DNA from: Akkermansia muciniphila
GTDB taxonomy: Bacteria; Verrucomicrobiota; Verrucomicrobiia; Verrucomicrobiales; Verrucomicrobiaceae
DNA length: 64,000 nucleotides
Assembly: GCA_943373155.1 (NCBI GenBank)
Contig: CALSBJ010000031.1
Span: 3-64,002, forward strand
Direction of reading: 5' to 3'
Shown here: piece after piece, positions 17,592 through 25,725 of the stretch
Position numbering within the stretch: the stretch's first letter is position 1
Layout of the letters: each line of letters starts with the position of its first letter
Position numbers and translations under genes: made by a program
The notes under the pieces: generated by a model
The model's input: the letters and a program-made list of their open reading frames with translations, nothing else
Told to the model about the DNA's origin: nothing
Database searches by the model: none

Positions 17592-18145
17592 GCCGTGGTG
17601 GCGGTCCAGCGGACATCGAAAATATCATGATCGGCACCGGCGGCTTTCGAGGCGAGCAGCGTGGCCGTGGCGGGCGTGTGGTAGAGCTTTCCTAAACCCT
17701 GCACGAGGCCGACCACAAAGTCAGCCAGGCCGGGGCGATGCGTGTGGTAGTGCAGCGTCAGCGAGTCCTCGCCGACGTCCGTGCATTCGAAGCGTGGCGG
17801 CTGGAGCTTCGGATAGATCATCTGCACGCGGGTGTGGAAGTTCGGCAGGTTGATGAGGAACTCCTTCAATGACTGGCCGCCGGAGCGCATCATGGCACCG
17901 TAACTGTGGCTGGCCGTTTTGAGCACCCAGTGTTCGCCAAAGGCGATGAGAATGTCCCGCGCTGGAGCGCCAAGCACCTCGCTGGCTGCTCCGACGAGGC
18001 TGTAGGTGATGTCATCGGGATAGCCTTCGTTGCTGACGAAGACCTCCACCTCGACGCCTGCCTTGGCTTTGATGGCTTCCCATTTGTCCTCCCCATAGTT
18101 GGTGACGACGAGTTCTTCGATGGCTTTGTTGACGAGTCCGTACAT
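17588..18145 (-). CDS. hnoX: H-NOX (heme nitric oxide/oxygen binding) protein
   Basis: [30 protein letters not shown] is the canonical H-NOX N-terminus. Candidate proximal His in [10 protein letters not shown]-x-T-x-R heme-propionate motif in LHYHTHRPG. The stop overlaps the kinase start (ATGA at 17588..17591). Confidence 0.9.
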   Translation of the reverse strand: MYGLVNKAIEELVVTNYGEDKWEAIKAKAGVEVEVFVSNEGYPDDITYSLVGAASEVLGAPARDILIAFGEHWVLKTASHSYGAMMRSGGQSLKEFLINLPNFHTRVQMIYPKLQPPRFECTDVGEDSLTLHYHTHRPGLADFVVGLVQGLGKLYHTPATATLLASKAAGADHDIFDVRWTATTA

Positions 18146-18206
18146 GGCTGTTGAGGCGGAAGTTTAAGCGACGAAAGAACAGAGCGCACCGTCTTTCCCA
18201 AGGCTA

Positions 18207-18222
18207 CCCCTCAATTGAGGGG
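18207..18222. promoter_or_regulatory. Perfect 16-bp palindrome CCCCTCAATTGAGGGG in a divergent promoter region
   Basis: Read directly. It lies between the H-NOX operon start (18145, minus) and the metalloprotease start (18364, plus). It is an operator candidate only. Confidence 0.35.
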
Positions 18223-18363
18223 AGAGGTTCCAGCGGGGTTGGCATGGGGGCGTGCAAACGAGCGGTGTTCGTTCGTGTGAGCGCTCAAAAACGTCTTACA
18301 ACACGGCGCTGGGCAAGCCGCGATGCCTTTGAGAATCATCCGTGAACTCTTTCGCATTCTCTC

Positions 18364-19008
18364 ATGAAGCTTCCCTTAGCGCTCCTAAGCCTTGTCTTGC
18401 TCTCTCAATGTGTCCGTCATGATCTGGTGCAGGTTCGCACCGTGAAATGGCAGACGCGCACCATCAGCTACGGCAAGCAACGACTTTGGAACAAGGCGCA
18501 TCTCACCTGGCGTGTGGATGATGCGAGTGCTCTTGCGGGACGTTTAAGCATCGAGGAGTTGAATCGGGAGATCGACAAGAGCTTCCAGAGCTGGGAAGGC
18601 GCGGGCATCTTCACCTTCTCGCAGGCTCGTGAAGGTCAGGCAGCGGACATCACCATCACCTTTGCGCCACCGCCGGGGCGTTTGTGGGACGGACAGCTAG
18701 GCACGATGGGCCACGCCGCTTTTCCGTGGACGCCGCATCGCGGTCACATCTACCTTGATCCATCGGAGTGGTGGAGCACGCAGTCCTTTTCGATGCTGGG
18801 TGATCCGATCACGCAATGGCTGCCGCATGAGATCGGGCATGTGCTGGGGCTTCAGCACTCGCAGGGCATGGACCACACCATGTGCGCCACGGGTCCGTAT
18901 GACCTGCCTGATGACCGCAGCTACGCGCGGCTGCGGCACCTGTATGCGCCGGGCACACCGGTGATCGCCTTCTCCAACCTCTCGACCGCAGCCAGCAAGG
19001 CGAACTGA
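18364..19008 (+). CDS. Matrixin-like (M10/metzincin) zinc metalloprotease, probable lipoprotein
   Basis: Signal/lipobox MKLPLALLSLVLLSQC. Zinc site HEIGHVLGLQHS (HExxHxxGxxH) followed by a Met-turn candidate HTMCA. Confidence 0.85.
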   Translation: MKLPLALLSLVLLSQCVRHDLVQVRTVKWQTRTISYGKQRLWNKAHLTWRVDDASALAGRLSIEELNREIDKSFQSWEGAGIFTFSQAREGQAADITITFAPPPGRLWDGQLGTMGHAAFPWTPHRGHIYLDPSEWWSTQSFSMLGDPITQWLPHEIGHVLGLQHSQGMDHTMCATGPYDLPDDRSYARLRHLYAPGTPVIAFSNLSTAASKAN

Positions 19009-20211
19009 TCAGTGCGTGCCGAGCAGCGCGTTGCGCAGCCAGCCGGGATCGCAGTAGTCGGAGTACGACTCGTCCTCCGGCGCGGTGGCGGAGAAGCGTT
19101 CCCATTCCTTCTCGACGAAGCCGCGGAAGTTCTCACGGAAGGCATTGGTGCTGTAGGCTTCCGCGTTGCGGCGGCACTCGTGGGCATCCCATTTCTTCGT
19201 CTCGAAGTCTTCTACGGCGCAGATGAGCGAGGGCACGCTCTGCTCGTTGAAGTAGAGTCCCGTTTTGTTCTCGACCACCGTTTCGAGGGCACCGCCTTTT
19301 CCGAAAGCGATGACGGGCGTGCCGCCGGCCTGGGCTTCGAGCAGGATGATGCCAAAGTCCTCCTCACCGGCGAAGACGAAGGCCTTCGCACGCTCCATGT
19401 GGTCCTTCATCACCTCGTTCGGCTGCCAGCCCATGACGTTCACGTTGGGGCCGGCCATTTTGCGCAGCCTTTGAAGGTCAGGACCATCGCCGATGACGAC
19501 GAGTTTTTTGTCCGGCATGGCATTGAAGGCGTCGATGACGAGGTCGATGCGCTTGTAAGGCACGAGGCGCGAGGCGGTGAAGTAGAAGTCATCCTTCGTC
19601 TCGCGCATCTGGAAGCGGTCCACGTTCACCGGCGGATAGACCACCGTCGCCTGGCGGCGATAGACTTTCTCGATGCGGCGGGCAATGAAGCGCGAGTTGG
19701 CCATGAAGGCATCGACACCTGCGGCGGTGCGGTGGTCCCACACGCGGATGCTGTGCAGCAGCCAGCGCACGAGCCAGCCTTTCAAGCCGGAGTCGAGTCG
19801 CGACTCCTGGAGATACTGGCTTTGCAGATCCCACGCATAACGAATGGGCGAGTGGCAGTAGCAGAGATGAAGCTGGCGTGGGCCGGTGATGATGCCTTTG
19901 GCAAAGGCGTAGCTGCTGGAGATGACGAGGTCGTAACCGCGAAAATCGAACTGCTCGATGGCCAGCGGCATGATGGGGAAGCAGTGGCGGTAGAAGCGCT
20001 TCCCACCGGGCAGGCGCTGCACGAAGGAGGTTTTTACTTCGCGGCCCTTGAGGAAGGCGCGGTTTTTTTCATCGAGGGCGTCGATAAGCGTGAAGACATC
20101 GGCTTCAGGATACACTTCGAGCATCTGCTCCAGTACACGCTCGGCGCCGCCATAGACGGGCAGCCAGTCGTGAACGATCGCGATACGGCGTTGGCGGAAG
20201 GGATTGCTCAT
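19009..20211 (-). CDS. Glycosyltransferase family 4
   Basis: RRIAIVHDWLPVYGGAERVLEQMLEVYPEADVFTLID N-terminus; C-terminal FAGEEDFGIILLEAQAGGTPVIAFGKGGALETV. Confidence 0.85.
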   Translation of the reverse strand: MSNPFRQRRIAIVHDWLPVYGGAERVLEQMLEVYPEADVFTLIDALDEKNRAFLKGREVKTSFVQRLPGGKRFYRHCFPIMPLAIEQFDFRGYDLVISSSYAFAKGIITGPRQLHLCYCHSPIRYAWDLQSQYLQESRLDSGLKGWLVRWLLHSIRVWDHRTAAGVDAFMANSRFIARRIEKVYRRQATVVYPPVNVDRFQMRETKDDFYFTASRLVPYKRIDLVIDAFNAMPDKKLVVIGDGPDLQRLRKMAGPNVNVMGWQPNEVMKDHMERAKAFVFAGEEDFGIILLEAQAGGTPVIAFGKGGALETVVENKTGLYFNEQSVPSLICAVEDFETKKWDAHECRRNAEAYSTNAFRENFRGFVEKEWERFSATAPEDESYSDYCDPGWLRNALLGTH

Positions 20212-21815
20212 GGGAGGATTTCAGCGTGTTGGAGGTTGGAAAGAGCAGGCGTGTGGGCGGTGGAAGCGCAGCTTTGGACGACGTGTTCGATTTTTGAGCG
20301 CACGGCATCGAGACCGTAGGTCTCACGGGCGGCCTCGCAGGCGGTGGTGGCCAGGTGATGGGCGAGTTTGCGATCCGCGTGAAGGCGGCGCAGGGCGTTG
20401 GCGAGTTCCTTCCCATCGTTCGGCGTGACGAAGAGACCGGTCTGCTCGTGCGTGAGGATTTCGGCGGCCCCACCGGCTCGGGTGGCGATGACGGGTTTCG
20501 CTGCGAGCATGCCTTCGACGATCACGCGACCGAAGGGCTCGGCGATCACGGAGGCATGCACAATGACATCGGCGAGGTCGAAGAAGGCGGCGGTGTCCTT
20601 GCGGAAGCCCACGAAGTGCACGCGACCTGCCAGCGAAGGATCGGCGGCGCTTTCGCGAAGCTCGCGGGCATACTGGCGGTCTTCTTCGGTGAACAAGGCA
20701 TCGCCGAGAAAAATGGCGTGCGCCTCAGGAACCTCGCGCAGAGCCTTCAAAAGCACATGCTGGCCTTTCCAAGGCGTGAGCCGTCCGGCCATCAAAACGG
20801 TCCAGGCAGGCTCGGGAAGGCCAAGATGCTTGCGAAGGTCCTGTAGGTCGGTTTCGCTCGAACGGGTGTTGGTGAGTTTGAAGCCGTTTGGCACGACACT
20901 GAGGTGCTCAACGTTGCCACCGGCTCTGAGAAAGGCTTGTTTGGTGGCTTCCGAGTTTGCGATGACGGCCTGCGCGAAGGCATTGGCGCTGCCGATGAGG
21001 GCGAGACGGTTCATCGTACTGAAGTGGCTGTCCGAGACGATGTCGTGCAGATGGAAAACAAGTCGGCGACGGGCGAGGAAGGAGGCGGGCCCGGCAATGA
21101 CGAGTGCTTTGGCGGTGTTGGCATACACGACATCGAACTCGCGGGCGAGCATGGCGGTTTGCAGCACGCGTTCGATGAGTTCGGGCACGATGTGGAAGAT
21201 GCGGCGGAGACCGGCCTGCTTGTCCACGGCGGCAGCATGCTCGCCGAGGGCGAAGACATGCGTATCGACCTTCGCTTCGTCGAGCGCTTCACGAAATTCG
21301 CCGTCTTGGAAGAGCAGCACGGCACTGTCAGCGGCGCGCGCGGCGGCGATATCGAGCAGCATGAGCTCCGCACCGCCGAGTCGGCCGGTTTGATCGACAA
21401 ACAGCACCTGCGGCTTGGAGCCGCCCCGTTTGCGAATGGCATAAAGCTGGATGGCGAAGCCGATGAGGATGCCCAGCAGCGTGCCGATGAAGCCCGCGAG
21501 CACATCGGCGAGGTCCATCGCCCGGCCGGGAATGCCGCGCTGCACCTGCTCGACGAGCACATTGCCCGCGGTGATGGCGGAAAGCACAAGGGCGGCGGCA
21601 TGGCGGAGGCGTGAAGCGGGGCTGATGGCCAGCCAGGCGACCACGGCGAGGATCATGAAGGCACCGAAGTTGAACCAGAAATCGACGAGGTCGAGATACT
21701 GCGACCATTGGATCGGCAGGAAGGGAATGCGGCGCTGCCCAAGCGTGGGCTTCAACGCCAGCCAGAGGCCGGCGAGGATCAAGAGCGCGAGGAGGATGCG
21801 GGCGAGACGTTTCAT
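20208..21815 (-). CDS. VanZ-like membrane domain fused to a GT4 glycosyltransferase
   Basis: The N-terminal approx 130 aa has 4 TM segments and IPGRAMDLADVLAGFIGTLLG, a VanZ-type motif. The remainder is GT4 (VLFVDQTGRLGGAELMLLDIA...ASVIAEPFGRVIVEGMLAAKPVIATRAGGAAEIL). Start re-picked at MKRLARILL (21815); ATGA overlaps at both ends. Confidence 0.75.
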   Translation of the reverse strand: MKRLARILLALLILAGLWLALKPTLGQRRIPFLPIQWSQYLDLVDFWFNFGAFMILAVVAWLAISPASRLRHAAALVLSAITAGNVLVEQVQRGIPGRAMDLADVLAGFIGTLLGILIGFAIQLYAIRKRGGSKPQVLFVDQTGRLGGAELMLLDIAAARAADSAVLLFQDGEFREALDEAKVDTHVFALGEHAAAVDKQAGLRRIFHIVPELIERVLQTAMLAREFDVVYANTAKALVIAGPASFLARRRLVFHLHDIVSDSHFSTMNRLALIGSANAFAQAVIANSEATKQAFLRAGGNVEHLSVVPNGFKLTNTRSSETDLQDLRKHLGLPEPAWTVLMAGRLTPWKGQHVLLKALREVPEAHAIFLGDALFTEEDRQYARELRESAADPSLAGRVHFVGFRKDTAAFFDLADVIVHASVIAEPFGRVIVEGMLAAKPVIATRAGGAAEILTHEQTGLFVTPNDGKELANALRRLHADRKLAHHLATTACEAARETYGLDAVRSKIEHVVQSCASTAHTPALSNLQHAEILP

Positions 21816-22921
21816 GACAGCTCCGGCCTCCATCCGGCTTCGCGATAGACCTCGCACACGCGGTTAGCGATGCGGTCCCAGGTGAAACCACGCATGACAT
21901 GCTCGCGGCATTCCACACGCGATGGCAGTGGCAGCGTGCCAGCGAGCCAGTCTTGCAGGCCTTCGGCGATGTCTTCGCTGCTCGTGCCCTTCAAAATAAG
22001 GTCGCGGCTCAACTCACGCACGGTGTCTGGCAGACCTCCGACGGGCGTGACGAGCACCGGCGTGCCGCAGGCGAGTGACTCGAGCGAGATGAGGCCAAAA
22101 CCTTCCAACGCGGAGCTTGGCACGATGGAGAGGTTCGCGGCCGCGTAAGCCACCGGAAGGTCGTTTTCGGTCACAAAGCCCAAAAAGCGCACGCGGTCGC
22201 TCAGACCGAGTTTATCGACCTGGGCCTCCAATTCAGCGTGGATGGGGCCTTGGCCGCCAATCATGAGTTTGGCCCTCGGATGCTGCGCAGTGATGTGGCT
22301 GAAAGCCGTGAGGAGATTTTCCAAGCCCATGCGACGAGCGAGACGACGCACACAAACGAGGATGGGATCGCCTTGAGGCCAGCCGAGGTGGTCGCGAGCC
22401 TTCGCCATGTCCATCGGCTGAAACTTGTCCACCTCCACGCCGCCGGGAATGACATGCACCTTGGCCTCATCAATGCCGTAGCCTTGGCAAAGTTGATCGC
22501 GAAAGGCATTCGAGAGCACGATGAAGCGATTGGCGCGATGATACACGCTGCGTTCAAGGAGTCGCTTCAGCATCACGGAGTGCGGTTTAGCCCCTTCGCG
22601 AGCGGATTCACCGGCCCACGGGCCATGAAAGTGAACCACATGCGCCTGCCAGCGACGTCCGAGCACGGCGGGCAGGGCATAGAGCGAGAAATGCGTGGCG
22701 AGCATTTTGCCGCGACGCGGCACCACCCGGCTGCGAACGGCCTGCCAGCGTTTGGCGAGAGGTTGATCGACGGGGCCGAGGCTGATGCCGTCGGCACCTT
22801 CGCCGAAGCCGAAGGCATTCGAACGGATGCCTTGGCGGGCGAGCGTGGTGTTCAGCGCGTTGAAGTAGCGGTCCACGCCTCCGGCGGAGGCTTTTAGGTG
22901 CATGCCAAGCTGGTCCATCAT
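21812..22921 (-). CDS. Glycosyltransferase family 4
   Basis: MMDQLGMHLKASAGGVDRYFNALNTTLARQG...PSSALEGFGLISLESLACGTPVLVTPVGGLPDTV. The 115-codon N-terminal extension in the ORF track was rejected because it overlaps the acetyltransferase and is Arg/His/Pro-rich. Confidence 0.85.
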   Translation of the reverse strand: MMDQLGMHLKASAGGVDRYFNALNTTLARQGIRSNAFGFGEGADGISLGPVDQPLAKRWQAVRSRVVPRRGKMLATHFSLYALPAVLGRRWQAHVVHFHGPWAGESAREGAKPHSVMLKRLLERSVYHRANRFIVLSNAFRDQLCQGYGIDEAKVHVIPGGVEVDKFQPMDMAKARDHLGWPQGDPILVCVRRLARRMGLENLLTAFSHITAQHPRAKLMIGGQGPIHAELEAQVDKLGLSDRVRFLGFVTENDLPVAYAAANLSIVPSSALEGFGLISLESLACGTPVLVTPVGGLPDTVRELSRDLILKGTSSEDIAEGLQDWLAGTLPLPSRVECREHVMRGFTWDRIANRVCEVYREAGWRPELS

Positions 22922-23391
22922 GAGGGTTGCGGCACATCGCCGATTTTGCGGGCCGGATTGCCGGCCCAGATTTCGAAGGGAGGAATGCTTTTGGTGAGCA
23001 CGGAACCTGCGCCGAGGATGGAGCGCTGTCCGATGGTGAGGGAGCTGTTCGGGCGGGCTACGATGATGCTGTGAGCGCCAATGGTGACATCGTCCTCCAG
23101 GGTGATGAAGTGTGGCGATCCGATCCACGTCTCGCCCGCCAGCGTGACATGATGGTAAACGCGGCAGCGATGGCCGATGCGCACCTGCGGATGCATGACG
23201 ATGCCGAGCGCGTAGTGCTCGAGGATGAGGCCAGAGCCTACCTGAGCCTCGGCGGGTAGGAGGCACTTGTGCACGAGGTAGTTCAGCGTCTTCACCATGC
23301 GGGCGAGACGCTGCCAGCCGGCCTGATGCAGGTCACGGCTCCATTGCCACAGCAGCTCAGGACTGTGCAAACGCATGACGTGTGGTGGCAA
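22918..23391 (-). CDS. Hexapeptide-repeat (LbH) O-acetyltransferase, serine-acetyltransferase-like
   Basis: IGHRCRVYHHVTLAG...VTIGAHSIIVARPNSSLTIGQRSILGAGSVLTKSIPPFEIWAGNPARKIG. Start uncertain (23391 or 23376); both overlap the upstream gene end at 23357. Confidence 0.8.
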   Translation of the reverse strand: MPPHVMRLHSPELLWQWSRDLHQAGWQRLARMVKTLNYLVHKCLLPAEAQVGSGLILEHYALGIVMHPQVRIGHRCRVYHHVTLAGETWIGSPHFITLEDDVTIGAHSIIVARPNSSLTIGQRSILGAGSVLTKSIPPFEIWAGNPARKIGDVPQPS

Positions 23392-24556
23392 AGCCGCGAC
23401 CGGCGGCGGTTTGACGACTGGTGTTCATTGCAGCCCCCTCGAAGGCTCCGATCATGCGGCGGGCCACGGCGGGCAAGGCGATCTCACGCTCCACCCAGCG
23501 GCGGCCTTGCGCGGCGAGTTGGCGGCGCAGCGGTTCGTCGGTGATGAGCTTGCGCAGCGCCTCGGCGAGACGTGCAGGCTTCCGTTGCGAGAAGACGAGG
23601 CCGCCTTCGCTTTGGCGAACAAGGAAAGGAATCTCGCCCGAGTCCGAACCGACCACCGCCGCACCACAAGCCAGCGCTTCGGGGATCACGCGGCCGAATT
23701 GTTCTTCCCAGTTCGGCTGCGTCTCGGACGGCAAAACGAGCACGTCCATCGAAGCAAGCCAGCGCGGCGTTTCATCATGCGGCACATAACCGGCGAAAAA
23801 GACGCGGTCCTTCACGCCTTGCTGCTCCAGCAACTGCTCAAACTGCGGCTGGAAGTCGCCGGTGCCGATGAGCACCATCTTCCAATCGACGTCACGCAAC
23901 TGGCCGAGCGCGAGAGCGAGCGTGCGCAGGCCTTTGGGCTCCACCAAACGGCCGACGTAGCCGATGACAGGGCTTTTCGTCTCGGGAAAGCGTTCCGGTG
24001 GTGTCTCGCGAAGGCTCGGATGATAGCGCTCGGGGTCGAGCGGCAGGGCGCAGACGGTCTGGCGGCCTTTGAAGCCCTTGGCCTCGATCACATCGGCCAC
24101 ATGCTGGGTGATGGGCAGCGCAAAGCTCGACGAGCGATAGACCATGGATTCGAGCCAGGAGAAGGGCGGCGGATACTTCTTGTGGATGTTTTGGCAGGAG
24201 TAGAAGCCGAAGGGCACATTGATGGAGCGCTTGTTGGCATAGCAGACCTGTGCGGTGGCGAGCGCATAGGGCTCGTGATTCATGTAGATGACATCCGGGC
24301 ACTTCTCCTTGAGAAAGCGCTGCCACGACATGCGATAGGCGTGGAAGATGATGCTGCCGTTTTTCCACACGGCGCAGCGGATCACGGAGCGCTCCATGCC
24401 GGCGCTGGGTGGCTGGCGCAGTTCGTTGCCGAATTCGTCACGCCAGTTGTCCGGGATGACGAGGGTGATCTTCCAGCCGGTCTCACGTTGGATGCGGGCG
24501 TAGATTTCCTGATTGAGCGCGGTGGCGCATGAATGGCTGACGACGAGGAGGTGCAT
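23357..24556 (-). CDS. Glycosyltransferase family 4
   Basis: MHLLVVSHSCATALNQEIYARI...LVLPSETQPNWEEQFGRVIPEALACGAAVVGSDSGEIPFLV. Confidence 0.85.
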   Translation of the reverse strand: MHLLVVSHSCATALNQEIYARIQRETGWKITLVIPDNWRDEFGNELRQPPSAGMERSVIRCAVWKNGSIIFHAYRMSWQRFLKEKCPDVIYMNHEPYALATAQVCYANKRSINVPFGFYSCQNIHKKYPPPFSWLESMVYRSSSFALPITQHVADVIEAKGFKGRQTVCALPLDPERYHPSLRETPPERFPETKSPVIGYVGRLVEPKGLRTLALALGQLRDVDWKMVLIGTGDFQPQFEQLLEQQGVKDRVFFAGYVPHDETPRWLASMDVLVLPSETQPNWEEQFGRVIPEALACGAAVVGSDSGEIPFLVRQSEGGLVFSQRKPARLAEALRKLITDEPLRRQLAAQGRRWVEREIALPAVARRMIGAFEGAAMNTSRQTAAGRGFATTRHAFAQS

Positions 24557-24570
24557 GGCGGTGAGGTGGA

Positions 24571-25725
24571 TTAGTTGTGGGCGGCAAGGTGGGCGCGGTA
24601 GGCGTCCTCGGTCAGCTGGGCCACTCGGTCCCAGGTGTAGTTCTGCTCGACACTCCGGCGGGCATTTTCGCCCATCGTTTTGAGCTGAAGCGGATCGGCG
24701 CAGAGGCGGCGCAGCACGCTGGCGACCTGCGCGGCATCGTGCTCGATGAAGTCGCCGGTTACGCCGGGTTGGATGAAGTCCTCCGTGCCGTTGATGCGGG
24801 TGGCGACGACCGGCAGGCCGCAGGCGGCGGCCTCGATGGTGGCGAGGCTGAAGGCCTCATACCAACTGGGGAAAAGAAACAGATCCGCGGCGGCTAAGGC
24901 CTCTGGCATGTCAGAGCGAAAGCCGCCGAAGATGACGCGATCCGCCGCTCCGGCATCCTGCGCCATCTTTTGAAAGCGGGCACGATCAGGGTCATCCCCA
25001 GCGACATAGAGCGTGAGCGGCACATCATGCAGATGGCCCATGGCCTGGATGGCAAAGTCGAGCCCTTTGCGTGCCCATTCACCACCGGCAAAGATGGCCA
25101 TGATCTGATCGCGAGGCACCTTGTTCATCGCCCGCCAGGCGATGCGTTGGGGATCGTCGAGCGGCTTGAAGCGTTCGGTGTCGGCGGCGTTTGGCACGAT
25201 GCGGACTTGAGCATCGCCGATGTCGTAGTGGCGGGTGAGCTCGGAGGCGACGCCACGCGAGACGGGGAGGAACATCGGCGCCTTTTGACCTGCGTGATGC
25301 TGGTAGAGACGCTTCTCGGCGGCGCAGGTGGCATTCAAGTAAAGCCAGCGAGTGAGACGACGAGCGGGCGAGACCTTCTCGGACCGACCGAGGCGGTCGA
25401 GGATGATCTTTTTGGCCGGCTGGATGTTCTGGATGGTGATGACATTGCCGCGCTGGGTGTTGCAGCCGATGGAGTGAACGATTTCAAACTGGCCGGGACG
25501 CACACGGCGGTTCACTTCGAGGTAGTAGGAGCCAAAGTCGATCACCTCAGCCCAATTCACGCCGGGGATGTGATGCCAGGCGATGCGCGAGAGATCGAGG
25601 TCCTCGGCCTTGCGGGCGTAGAGATGGACCTCGTGTTTTTTCGCGAGGCGCTCGGCGACTTCGTTGACGGCGCGGGCGCTGCCGTCGCGGCGATTGCAGT
25701 TGATCATGGCGTAGGCGATTTTCAT
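24571..25725 (-). CDS. Glycosyltransferase family 4
   Basis: MKIAYAMINCNRRDGSARAVNEVAERLAKKHEVHLY...LFPSWYEAFSLATIEAAACGLPVVATRINGTEDFI. Start re-picked at 25725 (ATGA overlap with the upstream stop). Confidence 0.85.
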   Translation of the reverse strand: MKIAYAMINCNRRDGSARAVNEVAERLAKKHEVHLYARKAEDLDLSRIAWHHIPGVNWAEVIDFGSYYLEVNRRVRPGQFEIVHSIGCNTQRGNVITIQNIQPAKKIILDRLGRSEKVSPARRLTRWLYLNATCAAEKRLYQHHAGQKAPMFLPVSRGVASELTRHYDIGDAQVRIVPNAADTERFKPLDDPQRIAWRAMNKVPRDQIMAIFAGGEWARKGLDFAIQAMGHLHDVPLTLYVAGDDPDRARFQKMAQDAGAADRVIFGGFRSDMPEALAAADLFLFPSWYEAFSLATIEAAACGLPVVATRINGTEDFIQPGVTGDFIEHDAAQVASVLRRLCADPLQLKTMGENARRSVEQNYTWDRVAQLTEDAYRAHLAAHN

